Shown here piece by piece: positions 50,601 to 57,551 of a stretch of DNA of 64,000 bases. Position 1 is the first letter of the stretch, and every line of letters begins with the position of its first letter. This DNA is from Minisyncoccota bacterium (GTDB lineage: Bacteria > Patescibacteriota > Minisyncoccia > UBA6257 > GWB1-50-10). The notes below the pieces were generated by a model. That model saw only the letters and a program-made list of their open reading frames with translations. It made no database searches and was not told the origin of the DNA. The DNA lies in contig JAYRXE010000033.1 of the NCBI GenBank assembly GCA_041917695.1, positions 38,490-102,489 on the forward strand, read 5' to 3'. The position numbers were made by a program, and so were the translations under genes.

Positions 50601-53600
50601 CTTCCCGAATGCTTTTTTCTTGAATCGCCTCGGGGGCGGTCGCAAACAGCACCCCGTTTGCGCCGATTGAAGGCTCAAGGATCCGGGGGGTATCGACCGA
50701 TGTGATGCCTGTCTTCTCAAGCATGGCCCACATCGCCCGAGCCACCTCCGGATGGGTGTACATCGCATTCACATGAGAGCTTCTGGCCGATGCGAATTCT
50801 TCCGGAGTCAGGTAGTTCTGAAGCTCACGGCTCTCTTTTTTCCATTCACCGCGACCGGTGAACAATTCGCTCGGAAAGGCCCCGAAGCCCGGAAACAAGG
50901 AAAGGACCCGCTGCTGATCCGCCGTTGCCTCAACTCGACCATCGGCTTCAAGACTCAATGCGCGAAGCTCATTCAGAACCTTCAGCGATTCAATCAGGTT
51001 TCGAAACCGAACCTTTGGGGTGTACTCGAAATCTTCACTCTCAGGCAGCCGGTAATTCGTGTTCCCGCTGCCAAGGAAACGAACTTCAGTCGCTTGAATG
51101 TCGATCACCGGGGGGCCTTCGACCGCCGGGATGACATCAGCCAATGACGGTTTTTCCACCTCCCCCCGTCGGTAATTTCCCGTGATCGACGTGTCTTGTG
51201 AGCCGGTGAATTGAGCGATGGCATTTTCAACAACGCCTTCTTGGGAACTTTCTTGGTTTCGATTCATTGCTGGTTTCTCCGTCTTCAGGTCGGGATTATT
51301 TTGTTGCGGGTCGTCGGGTGACAATCTGATTGTCTGAAATGGCTCGTAAAGGATTCCGATTTTGGCGGTATTGGGTGTCTTAACCCCAGTCTTTCCCATC
51401 AGATAGACGTGCCAGTCGATCATTCTGTGGGGGCGATTCAAGGTTTTTCGAACCAGTTTCCAAAGTGGGAGTTGACCGTGTTCCTCTTTCAATTCATCCC
51501 GCATTCGTTTGGATTGGGTAAACAGGCGGTACAGTCCTTCTGGGCTGTTGACGAATCTTGTCAGCTTTCTGAGATACGCCCGGTCATCGCGATACAACTC
51601 CTCGGGCGGAACCGATTTCCCCTTGAGCGATTGTGACTTGGCCCATTCGTCAGCTTTCTTGTCGGTCCACACTTCACGGAAGTCTTTTCGAAGTTCTTCC
51701 TGCTGCGATCTGATTCGGCGCAGCTTCTCGGCTTCTTCGGGGTTTTCGGGTTCGTTCCCGCCATCCTTTCCCGAAAATGCTGGGGTTGTTTTGTCCCCGT
51801 GGACCCGGTAATCGTCATCCTTGAAATAGTCGAGTTCGAGGTATTCGATACCTTTCCGCATGATCCTGTCGGTCAGTTCCCAGGAACCGACCTCGGAGAT
51901 TGTCTGCCGAATCACTTCTTCGATGGCACCCCAATTGAAACGCTCTTTCCCTCTGGCCATTGTCAAGGCTTTGTCGATGGTGAACTTGAGCCAATCATTT
52001 TGATCCCACTCGGGACGAACCCTTTTCGATTGCCGCATCAGTCGTTCGATTTGCACGGCATCATCGGAGTAGAAGGCGAGCTTCCTCGCCAACAAGTAGT
52101 CCCCGTACCCAGGTGGCGCCGGCTGGCTTGGTTCAGTGGAGGGTTTCCCCTCCTTCGTTTTTACCCGTTTGACCCCGGCCTCGCCATTCCACAGTCTGAC
52201 GACGTGGTTCGGGTCAGCCTCGATTTCTTCCGGTTCTGCGTAGCCCGCAAGCTTGTTGAGGATGCGTCGGTCGGTAATGTCGAAGAGGCTTGATTCAAGA
52301 TTGGATTTCCCGCTCGAACCCTCGAATTCATCCTCCAACTCAAGAAAGTCATTGGGGTCCGTGAGGTCGAAAGGCGCTTCGTCGTGCCACGCCGGTGGGG
52401 ACGCTGCGCCATCGTCAACCGGCTCTTGAAAAAAAGGGTTCTGATCCGCTTCCTCACGGGCATTCGAGGGAGACACACCTTGCGACGCATCGGCCTTGAA
52501 ATTCCGGTTCGAACCAACGGTTGCGGGGGGTGCTCCGGATAGCGCCGATTCCGGCTTTTCAGCCTTTGGGTGACCAACCTCGGTTTTCGGTTTGAGAACC
52601 TTCGACCAGTCGAAAAAGACATTCTTTGTTCTCAAGACATAGCTGATGGTGTACTCGCCAAACGATTGGCCCGCACCACTGCCAACCGAGCGATCCCATT
52701 TGGGACGCATTCTTCCCGAATTTCGGAAAATACGATCAATCTGGGTGCGATCCTGAGTGTAGAACGCCAACATGCCGACAAAACGAACATCGTTCGTGCT
52801 GACATCCTCCGCCCCACTCGAATCCCGATATGGGTTACCGCCCCCATATAAATCGAGGAATTTCCCTCCGTCCCTGGTTTTCAGGAGTCGGTCAATAACC
52901 ATCTCGTCCGTGATGGTATCCCCGATGACCGAACCACTCTTTCTCTCGGGTAATGCGACGGATGGGCGATTTTGGGTTTCGGCCTGGATCTCCGGCCTTT
53001 TCAGATATGTCTCGTAAAGCCAGTGCAGGCCCGCCACACTTTCAGTCGGCTCCAATTCGGTACCAGGTAACCGGTTTCCAGTCACGGTCAAGTACCTTGG
53101 GCTTCGCCAGTCGTACACCTCAATCCAGGAAAATTCATCTTTTCCTTTTCCGCGATGGATGGCTTCTCCAATAACAAATCCCCGGAGACCTTTCCCTGAA
53201 GGTGAAATTTCCCAGTACCCGCCAAGTCGAGTGACGATATCCTTTGCAACTTGATTGATCTCGCCGGTGTCGGGATTCAGACACTTGTCTAGGTCGATAC
53301 CGACGAGGTTGTCGCCCTGACGAAGTTGAAAGCTCAGGCCACCTATTTTTTCGAGAATCTGGTTTTTCAGCGCATGGTAGTAAGTTGGGTTCTTTTCGCG
53401 TCCTTCAACAAACTGGACAGCCTTTTCAAAGCTGTTCCAGTCACCTGGCTGATTTGACCTCGCCTTCATCCAGTTTTTAGCGACATTGAAGGCAATTTTG
53501 GTCGGTTTGGGGATCTTGCTGTCGTAACTCATGCCGCGAACCCAGCCGTTCCACTGGGTCAGCAACTTCAATGTTTCAGGAATGTATTGAGGAAAATGCG

Positions 53601-54396
53601 GTCGTCCCTGAGCTTCGAGCCGGAGATGTGTATCCAGCCGGTCGGGGTTTTCGATTCCGAACCAATTGCTTCGTTCGTCGCGTGTTGCATCCCGGAGATC
53701 CTTATTCGAACTGATGAGGATGACTTGGCTGGCCCCGCCTTCATCGTCCGTATACTTGGTCACCCGGTTGAGGATTTGCTCCAAGGGATTTTGAGCGGCG
53801 TCACTGGCGACAACGAAGTTTGGTAACTCCTCGATGTTTCGAATGATCCAGCCCAGTTGTTCCAGCTTTTCCCTACGAACCTTTTGCAGGTCGATGTCCT
53901 GATCCAGGAAGATGAACTTTTTCGAATTTCCTGGGGTGTTTCTGGCTGGCGATTCTTGCCCGAATCCATCCAAAAACAGTTCAGCAATCTCTGAAGGCCG
54001 GTCTCCCTGATTGTGAAAGCTTTGTCTTGAGAGCCCGCGAGAACCCCCATCTTTCATGCGGTAGGTGATATGGATATGAGGGTTGTCCGTATCCCGGTGG
54101 ATACTGGCGTGCCATTCAAGTTCAACTCCGAAGTAATTTTCGACCAAGGGCATGCTGCCCCGGATTCCGAATCTCAGAGACTCGTCCTGTTCAACGTCAT
54201 TCTTTCCAAGTTCTTTGAGGTCGGCGTGAGACTTGAAGGACAAGACCATTTCAAAAGCGTTTGTCCAGGTTTCATCAATGTCGAGGGGAAGTACGGATGC
54301 TGTTTCATTGAAGGGAGAACTTCGAGTGCTCCCTCCGCTACCGACATACTTGCCTCTCCCAGTCACCGGTCCAGTGCTGACAACAACGAATTCCAT
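41665..54396 (-). CDS. Giant 4243-aa multidomain protein with MobA/MobL-like relaxase, PrimPol, three PriCT-like motifs, N6-adenine DNA methyltransferase, SNF2-like helicase and a ~1600-aa unknown C-terminus (DarB-like architecture)
   Basis: Relaxase motif III WHASIHRDTDNPHIHI at ~54070-54120. PrimPol NLVGIDLDKC...EISPSGKGLRGF at ~53280. Methyltransferase motif I ILEPSIGANGVLF and motif IV IVIGNPPFG at ~50470. Helicase Walker A DVGGGKTG at ~48570, DEVDD, motif VI QCVGRGVRPG at ~46740. RBS AGGGTG, start 12 nt after the VirB6-like stop. Confidence 0.85.
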   Translation of the reverse strand: MEFVVVSTGPVTGRGKYVGSGGSTRSSPFNETASVLPLDIDETWTNAFEMVLSFKSHADLKELGKNDVEQDESLRFGIRGSMPLVENYFGVELEWHASIHRDTDNPHIHITYRMKDGGSRGLSRQSFHNQGDRPSEIAELFLDGFGQESPARNTPGNSKKFIFLDQDIDLQKVRREKLEQLGWIIRNIEELPNFVVASDAAQNPLEQILNRVTKYTDDEGGASQVILISSNKDLRDATRDERSNWFGIENPDRLDTHLRLEAQGRPHFPQYIPETLKLLTQWNGWVRGMSYDSKIPKPTKIAFNVAKNWMKARSNQPGDWNSFEKAVQFVEGREKNPTYYHALKNQILEKIGGLSFQLRQGDNLVGIDLDKCLNPDTGEINQVAKDIVTRLGGYWEISPSGKGLRGFVIGEAIHRGKGKDEFSWIEVYDWRSPRYLTVTGNRLPGTELEPTESVAGLHWLYETYLKRPEIQAETQNRPSVALPERKSGSVIGDTITDEMVIDRLLKTRDGGKFLDLYGGGNPYRDSSGAEDVSTNDVRFVGMLAFYTQDRTQIDRIFRNSGRMRPKWDRSVGSGAGQSFGEYTISYVLRTKNVFFDWSKVLKPKTEVGHPKAEKPESALSGAPPATVGSNRNFKADASQGVSPSNAREEADQNPFFQEPVDDGAASPPAWHDEAPFDLTDPNDFLELEDEFEGSSGKSNLESSLFDITDRRILNKLAGYAEPEEIEADPNHVVRLWNGEAGVKRVKTKEGKPSTEPSQPAPPGYGDYLLARKLAFYSDDAVQIERLMRQSKRVRPEWDQNDWLKFTIDKALTMARGKERFNWGAIEEVIRQTISEVGSWELTDRIMRKGIEYLELDYFKDDDYRVHGDKTTPAFSGKDGGNEPENPEEAEKLRRIRSQQEELRKDFREVWTDKKADEWAKSQSLKGKSVPPEELYRDDRAYLRKLTRFVNSPEGLYRLFTQSKRMRDELKEEHGQLPLWKLVRKTLNRPHRMIDWHVYLMGKTGVKTPNTAKIGILYEPFQTIRLSPDDPQQNNPDLKTEKPAMNRNQESSQEGVVENAIAQFTGSQDTSITGNYRRGEVEKPSLADVIPAVEGPPVIDIQATEVRFLGSGNTNYRLPESEDFEYTPKVRFRNLIESLKVLNELRALSLEADGRVEATADQQRVLSLFPGFGAFPSELFTGRGEWKKESRELQNYLTPEEFASARSSHVNAMYTHPEVARAMWAMLEKTGITSVDTPRILEPSIGANGVLFATAPEAIQEKSIREGVELDSLSQEIASYLFPKDIIHKGNYGTANLPTDYYDIVIGNPPFGTGRLFAPMFASDPVVSKCPNHEVFMAKAINEMRPGGVMILVNSRYFMDKVDQKFRQWVEDRANLVKAFRLPSGAFQKNAGTQVITDILIFQKRGPGIEKIESSWLTTQRLEVNGEELADRYINQYFLDNPDQILGDKRLGHGMHGYDLIVEGQGELRDALKKAVEKVPALQNSVSDSSIPKRPPVILEEPSLPYLVEGGTLYRVTNEFGVQGKIATDHLLVIGKNGLEKKTVTREEVVRIGKLSELANTLRQVYQLDELGLPEAESERQKLQNEYRNFVSARGRLNTKQNLLLMSWHPDRSLLMSLESEGKEAGILKGPVSRRFEKGKIANVENAVLEAINTRQKLDPATIGKQLGLSEGEVLAELLDRKLAFRDPLNRSLVTSVEYLSGNVREKLKQAEFSARTMPEFEANVEALKGVLPPWRHYDEIPVRLGKPFIPTEYFERFIFEAIHKKYNSITGKVDRETIEISRNPHSGEWSVDSRLLGFSSHSDLKLAFGTDEAGWDAVLEAAFNAKQIVIKNEDGEINEAAMADIEVKIEKANEWFARWIWTGESGETREVMGTNEEIVNRRTVIEQIYNSTMNSIVQPKFTGEGMTFAGLATDIDPRAWTLPVVQEILHRRASLVTRDVGGGKTGLAALTVSKLQEIGAVEKGIIVCKKTNLAQFVGEIQRFFPGKRILTTSGLTDWTAKHATLMRGLTNDFDFVVMTYEDFSRIPIHPENFTRIVQDEIERVRQAYHEELETGSKFRTKQLERKMAEIEARISQRYFDAVKDNLYQFEPEQQSIIKVALESYENRAKAVANEIVSAAEHELKEILSSENRNGEIGKIAYSKVSEMKLACPEIKWSGAPREDARLNAKQVSSQAEEQIVSAVKYIALERTQYLEGIVKDSRIGSKMLTWERLIGRENIAFIADEVDDKVRGMAHPDASSAVRSIKGVPDGTGSDMAVDFRMKMSILYRQCVEGGANHRTVLMTATPIVNTAVEIFNWGKMLDMMPPGADNLQGFVNNFLRVSGRLERTMDGMKVQTRVRGYDSIPDLVRWAKSFVTFGPGTAADLNPPKAQTIVAVSPITEYEEFLLNEIAQKARNLGRDTTGERMRLVNELKQISVHTNLLYRDDIIPNPNGKIEMTADMIVSMASEYPNKVQLVFTDFGVHPNQKGISAVEDLIRLLEQKGIPKNKVLNFSNITGDEERIRAQQRLNDGDAIVAIGSTARLGTGTNVQKKVIAQYLLHNGYTPRNEIQCVGRGVRPGNENEAVQVVRVVKEGVDDFFAKYLGNKSEIISEFMGWVRSDVENAPMTFDVSEDDLTAEQIAAIASRDTLALQAHEKQVEVEALERKAKAFNRWRSTTQWEIASAERELRDLGEKGTRLNELTRLIDESETKEFEFSLPDGEVMSNKKEAGAYIVERQSQAVLRNESGFVLIGKYRGGRIASIEEYALELPQRILVIDFEGRQRHLIFNQEQPEELFRIANLELTAIKRELEKNASMKDVFERRRDTLRSAIYEEIQNGDETITRLKEFPQSQELEDARNELSELKIQINKRGDKRPELDGQAKIARYNGRDYVENVYRTGLTTSLYRNFVEKVRREKAGQASDVSDDLEPVQTTPAEPVAPVSENVTRVKETPGPQGVEAPLTTLLESRSPNSGIEPEPEISSQTPSQQRTNLVVLESPDKNLRILLGESRDSAYSGLQRYVVHKSVYDFITDTTREKFGRVNQTRTAVDYKSGWSARWMFEGESFVTIEAFKNGLVPPVGETSAAPANRLDVSEVNAREVRVETEIKSATPEVEKVEPGLPAHFIHAEGQSEEFRVSKIILVQMISDDSLENSRTAARIAKFLTPQTHSALIGVGDFSHPDSIQGLEDQLKLSPAPTGKTFVANVVKIGLDGAQANETGRAISQSGYGTERGTTFGAVTEYFADPYESLMGYALVTIRPLEGQIMETALAGKQVALQALRIREGLDEALMESFDEIETLLGGKVRDSNKVGETVQLEGLNGNWECRFADENYGQATEMQNFVFGAEVALELGKEVLPVSAQSIIETAKVLEVVPNQTEGERTRSDVEQPVQFTEGEINGSFSTSAETTPIPVEPAVPENEGLIVGFMPVTVIENRVREVQFEGLAEKLTAFFSKAGAQVSEVQKERLPFVLADESRTRREQAPATFEQMDAYFERRNSSINPHATLLDLRRQMVELGAKPESVYAGALKKAETFQIPVERVIVPKADVGPNRPLGYRVITDASDMIDGEDYRLVALSPRRVFDPKTNPSASEISTYYQASGTGMGKAVSGFLRESGYDVLRDGVIITVERESIVYEGEETFTKTDVEAEDSDIKAFGNDLANLKVSDPAFSVLRDLENRLTRSSDIIDRQSFRMRTRNDFISPKEIREQVFTFADASVERDLPQGLDIEKALARHVLIARELEEAEPEIQMLLKAAETATRWNSPAYHPALESCADPLNRRYARTLLDAAEKQDSEAFDKLAQKIDIKQEMPEEVIGRLEALRETNRFTGDYLVSQLNESEVLIQVKPEVQSNLEGAFGLLTSPQRPWSSKDIEAFLKSAKTPAQIEAAQNLESEWHQSFQEMSKELDERRTMASRMATAIENAIGVAPTAPKHCAKTLKEMGWVLAEGEFSPEATETWKAVAVQVANEINHRIEKAAIKFQQAFPKAPVSENSQVIRKLADVADLPLTRSSADILCKQGVTSLPKSEAEGRILLSRQGSDPLAALKKWANNGDPASGIQATARTLMGTEKVARACMSRSEISLMEEAPVHARVLEKLAAIKPAELFVVTKEILDELASPQTQAEPAPVEVKNLTRNFVESAQKGKLTYGEFTKLRNQATSMLEKMAGQIRVIETLNGQAGLQVSNHLRPEALAGVLADTGFGRKRIEAAIYRGESVSHGEFKPTSGALVGVETQDYPARFEREKKTEKPKPSFHDLGWGM

Positions 54397-54408
54397 AGTT
54401 TGTTCACC

Positions 54409-56385
54409 CTAGAATCGGTTCACGCTCGTCATTTGATCGCCGACGGCTCTGCCGGCCGCTGCACCGGCCTCTTCGACAACCCTGCCGATTTCTCTCAACT
54501 GTGAGGCTGTTTCGTTAGCCCTGAGTGTGATGGCATTTGAGGTCAGCGCACCCTGGTATCCAATCTCAGCGCCCGCGAATGCTCCGGCTGCCGTCTGCTC
54601 GGCATTCCGGAGTCTGCCGTCGGCATTCGTCACTTTTTCGCTTCGATCCGCGTCGGTTTTCAGGTTTGCCTGATTTTGAGTGTGATTGATTTGCTGGACC
54701 GATTGAGTCATTGCTCCCCCGGCAGTGGGGGCTAATGGGCGCTCGCCACGACCGATGTCACGATCTCCTTGGCGCACACGCTCCGCGGCATTGGGGACTC
54801 CAACGAACCTTCCACCAAAATCGATAAGCGAATCGAGGGTCGAGGGGATAAAGGAACGGGTCGAGTCGAAGCGACCATAATCAGCTTCACCCTGATTGTA
54901 TTTTTTCTCCGCGTTCGCGTGAGTATTTGCCGCGTTTATGTTGTAGGTATGCTCGGCTTTTGCCCCGCTGAGTTGCCCCGCCGCGCGGGCATTTTCGGCG
55001 TTCCGTTGCGCGAGGGCCGAAACGTTGGCGGCCTTGAATTGACCAACGTTCTGCGCCGAATCCGCCTGTCTTCCAAAGGCGGCACCGGCAGCGGCGGAAA
55101 CTGTCTGGACGCCGGCGCTAATCATTGATCCGGTCCATCCCGCAACGGCGCTTGTGACGGCCGCGAATGCGTCGCCGGTGGTCAAGCGGTACGCAATAAA
55201 AGGCGAGATGACAATGCAGAGGCCCGATATCGCCATCAGAACCGATCCCATCAACGCGACATAGGTTGGGTTCCCCTGGGTGATGACCTGCATCTGTTCC
55301 GGATTCCAGGTATGAACGAGCCGGGTGTCCGCCCAATTTCCCACAAATGCCCCAAATGCCATGTTCCCAATCATGTAGGCCGCTATTTCCAATACCGTGA
55401 TGACGATTGGGAAGATCAGGGTCGCGACGATCACGCCTTTGACGTAATTCATGGCGATGCTGGCCGAGAGGGATTTATTGACCGCCAGGCATGCAAAAAT
55501 TGGGGCCAGAATGCGGAGCGCGGGAATCAGGAAGAGCAAGAGAATCTTGGTTGAGAGCAACCCTACTTCCATAACCCCGCGGCTCAGGGTCAGCATGTTG
55601 AATAGTTCGGTCGGGGTCCAGGTCGATGGATCGAGCCGTGAAAAAAACTGACGCACGAAATTTCCGTCTTTTGGGTCTTCCATAAACGGAATGACTTCTT
55701 CAATCCGGGTTTCTCCCGGCGCGGGTTCGAACTGAATGTCGTTCCCAACCTTCATGAACAGGCCAAGCTCCTGAAATTTCTGATAGTTGTTGTTGAAATC
55801 GTTGCGCCATCTGGCCCGCATTTGCCCAAGGTATCCGCCCCTCAAGTTATCCCCAACCTGTCCGGGGACCACCTGTCCATCAAAGGTAGAGGTAATCTCC
55901 TCTCCAGTACCGTTGGTCAGCCAATATCCGAGGTCGAAAAGGTTGGTGACCAATCCAGGACCCCAGATAATCAGGATGTAGCACGCCACAAATCGAACAC
56001 CCTGATAGGCAATATCGACCGCCTGCCCCTGTGACTCGCGTCCCAGTTGCACCAAAGTGAAGAGCGTCAGGACGCAAATGAAAACACCCGCGATCACCTT
56101 GACGTAGGGGATCAAGGGTCGTTCGAGTTCATTGACGAACAGTGGCAGGTAATACTCGGAGACAGATTTGGACATCTCCGAAAGCGTTCGGGGCAGATTG
56201 ATTTGCGGCAAATCCTTTACCGGTGTGTCTTTCCCGGTTGGGGCTTGGGTTGGGCCGTTGATCTTCCCGCTGTCAACCGATGCCGCTTCCGGATTCCCCT
56301 CGGTGGCCAATGCCGAAACCAGGGGGAACAGCAGACAGGAGACGACGAAAATGAGTGACAAAACCGATTTTAACCATCTGGTCAT
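54409..56385 (-). CDS. VirB6/TrbL-like polytopic inner-membrane protein
   Basis: Six or seven TM helices, then a ~200-aa Gly/Ala/Asn-rich hydrophilic tail. Positioned after the TrbJ-like gene as in trb operons. Confidence 0.5.
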   Translation of the reverse strand: MTRWLKSVLSLIFVVSCLLFPLVSALATEGNPEAASVDSGKINGPTQAPTGKDTPVKDLPQINLPRTLSEMSKSVSEYYLPLFVNELERPLIPYVKVIAGVFICVLTLFTLVQLGRESQGQAVDIAYQGVRFVACYILIIWGPGLVTNLFDLGYWLTNGTGEEITSTFDGQVVPGQVGDNLRGGYLGQMRARWRNDFNNNYQKFQELGLFMKVGNDIQFEPAPGETRIEEVIPFMEDPKDGNFVRQFFSRLDPSTWTPTELFNMLTLSRGVMEVGLLSTKILLLFLIPALRILAPIFACLAVNKSLSASIAMNYVKGVIVATLIFPIVITVLEIAAYMIGNMAFGAFVGNWADTRLVHTWNPEQMQVITQGNPTYVALMGSVLMAISGLCIVISPFIAYRLTTGDAFAAVTSAVAGWTGSMISAGVQTVSAAAGAAFGRQADSAQNVGQFKAANVSALAQRNAENARAAGQLSGAKAEHTYNINAANTHANAEKKYNQGEADYGRFDSTRSFIPSTLDSLIDFGGRFVGVPNAAERVRQGDRDIGRGERPLAPTAGGAMTQSVQQINHTQNQANLKTDADRSEKVTNADGRLRNAEQTAAGAFAGAEIGYQGALTSNAITLRANETASQLREIGRVVEEAGAAAGRAVGDQMTSVNRF

Positions 56386-56411
56386 AATATCTCCGTTCTT
56401 TTCAGGTCGTC

Positions 56412-57551
56412 CTAGCGAGGACCAAGTGCGGGCGCGCTCGGTGCGTCGGGAAGCTCGCTCGGGCCTTCCATGACTGCTCGAAACGCTTTGTCGGCGTCCG
56501 CGTCGAGTTGGCCCATCAACTGTCCCCAGGCTTTCTGGTTCTCGTCGATCTCTTTGCCGGTCTGCATCATGTATTCAAACTTGACCCGGTTTGCGGCGTA
56601 CAATTCGGCTATTTCCTTGAGTTTGTCAGCGATGTCCGCTTTCAGGCCGACTTCCTGGGCCTCAAGCACATCCAGCCGCTTTTGCAGTTCACGCATTCCT
56701 TCCTGGTCTTGTGTCTGAGCGGTCACCGGTGGCGTGTCAGTTGGGGTACTTCCATCTGGAGCAGGTGTACCCACGCCGACCGAATCACCACTCATCCGGG
56801 TCATTTCTTCTTTGCACCGTTTGATCTTCTCCCGGACGTACGCGATTTGCGCGTTCAGGTCTCCATACCTTTCCCAAAGGAGTGCCATTTTCGGGTCTCT
56901 TTCGAGCATGACCCGGCGTTTCTGCTCGGCGGCATATTCTTGGCGGTAAACCCGGTCCATAAAATCGGTCAGGATTGACCATGCTTCACGAGGATTGAAA
57001 GAACTCCCCATGTTGCGTATCCGATTCAAAGTGTCGATGACCGCCCAACGGGTGTTCCACAGTTGCACTCCGGAGGTGTAGAGCTGGCGAGCGGCCTCGA
57101 TGTGGCGAAACCATTTCAGCAAATTTGCTCGGGTTTTTTCATCCAGTCCGAACCGTGCCGCCGTATATTGGTAAATCCCTCGCAGCGTGGTCAGTTGTTG
57201 CACCAACTTTGTGTATTGGGTGATGTGGGCGGTCCAGCTTTGGATTCTGAAAGCCCATTGTTCAGCCAGTTGTTTGTTCCCAATAGCGTTTGCTTCCTTG
57301 GTCGCTTCTTTTATTTTTTCGAGTTTTTCGTTCGTGCTGTCGGCTTTGTCGTTTGCTTTGGCAAGCTTGTCATTTGCCTTGTCGAGCGCCCCGCCCATGT
57401 TTTTGTCAAATGCTTTGACGGCCGTCAGCAATGCCACTCCATCAAAAATGGCTGGTACTTTTTCGGTAAACAACGCTCCCGAGGGGAGGGGCCCGGCGAC
57501 CCAAAACGCACAAAAGGCTGCCATTACGATTGTCTGTACCATTTTTTTCAT
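56412..57551 (-). CDS. TrbJ/VirB5-like secreted coiled-coil protein
   Basis: Signal peptide MKKMVQTIVMAAFCAFWVAG, extended coiled-coil. Position between the VirB4 and VirB6 homologues. Confidence 0.4.
   Translation of the reverse strand: MKKMVQTIVMAAFCAFWVAGPLPSGALFTEKVPAIFDGVALLTAVKAFDKNMGGALDKANDKLAKANDKADSTNEKLEKIKEATKEANAIGNKQLAEQWAFRIQSWTAHITQYTKLVQQLTTLRGIYQYTAARFGLDEKTRANLLKWFRHIEAARQLYTSGVQLWNTRWAVIDTLNRIRNMGSSFNPREAWSILTDFMDRVYRQEYAAEQKRRVMLERDPKMALLWERYGDLNAQIAYVREKIKRCKEEMTRMSGDSVGVGTPAPDGSTPTDTPPVTAQTQDQEGMRELQKRLDVLEAQEVGLKADIADKLKEIAELYAANRVKFEYMMQTGKEIDENQKAWGQLMGQLDADADKAFRAVMEGPSELPDAPSAPALGPR

Noticed and set aside
41794-53826. Numerous 60-200-aa ORFs on the plus strand
   Set aside because: All lie antisense within the continuous 12.7-kb giant ORF, whose domain order is coherent.
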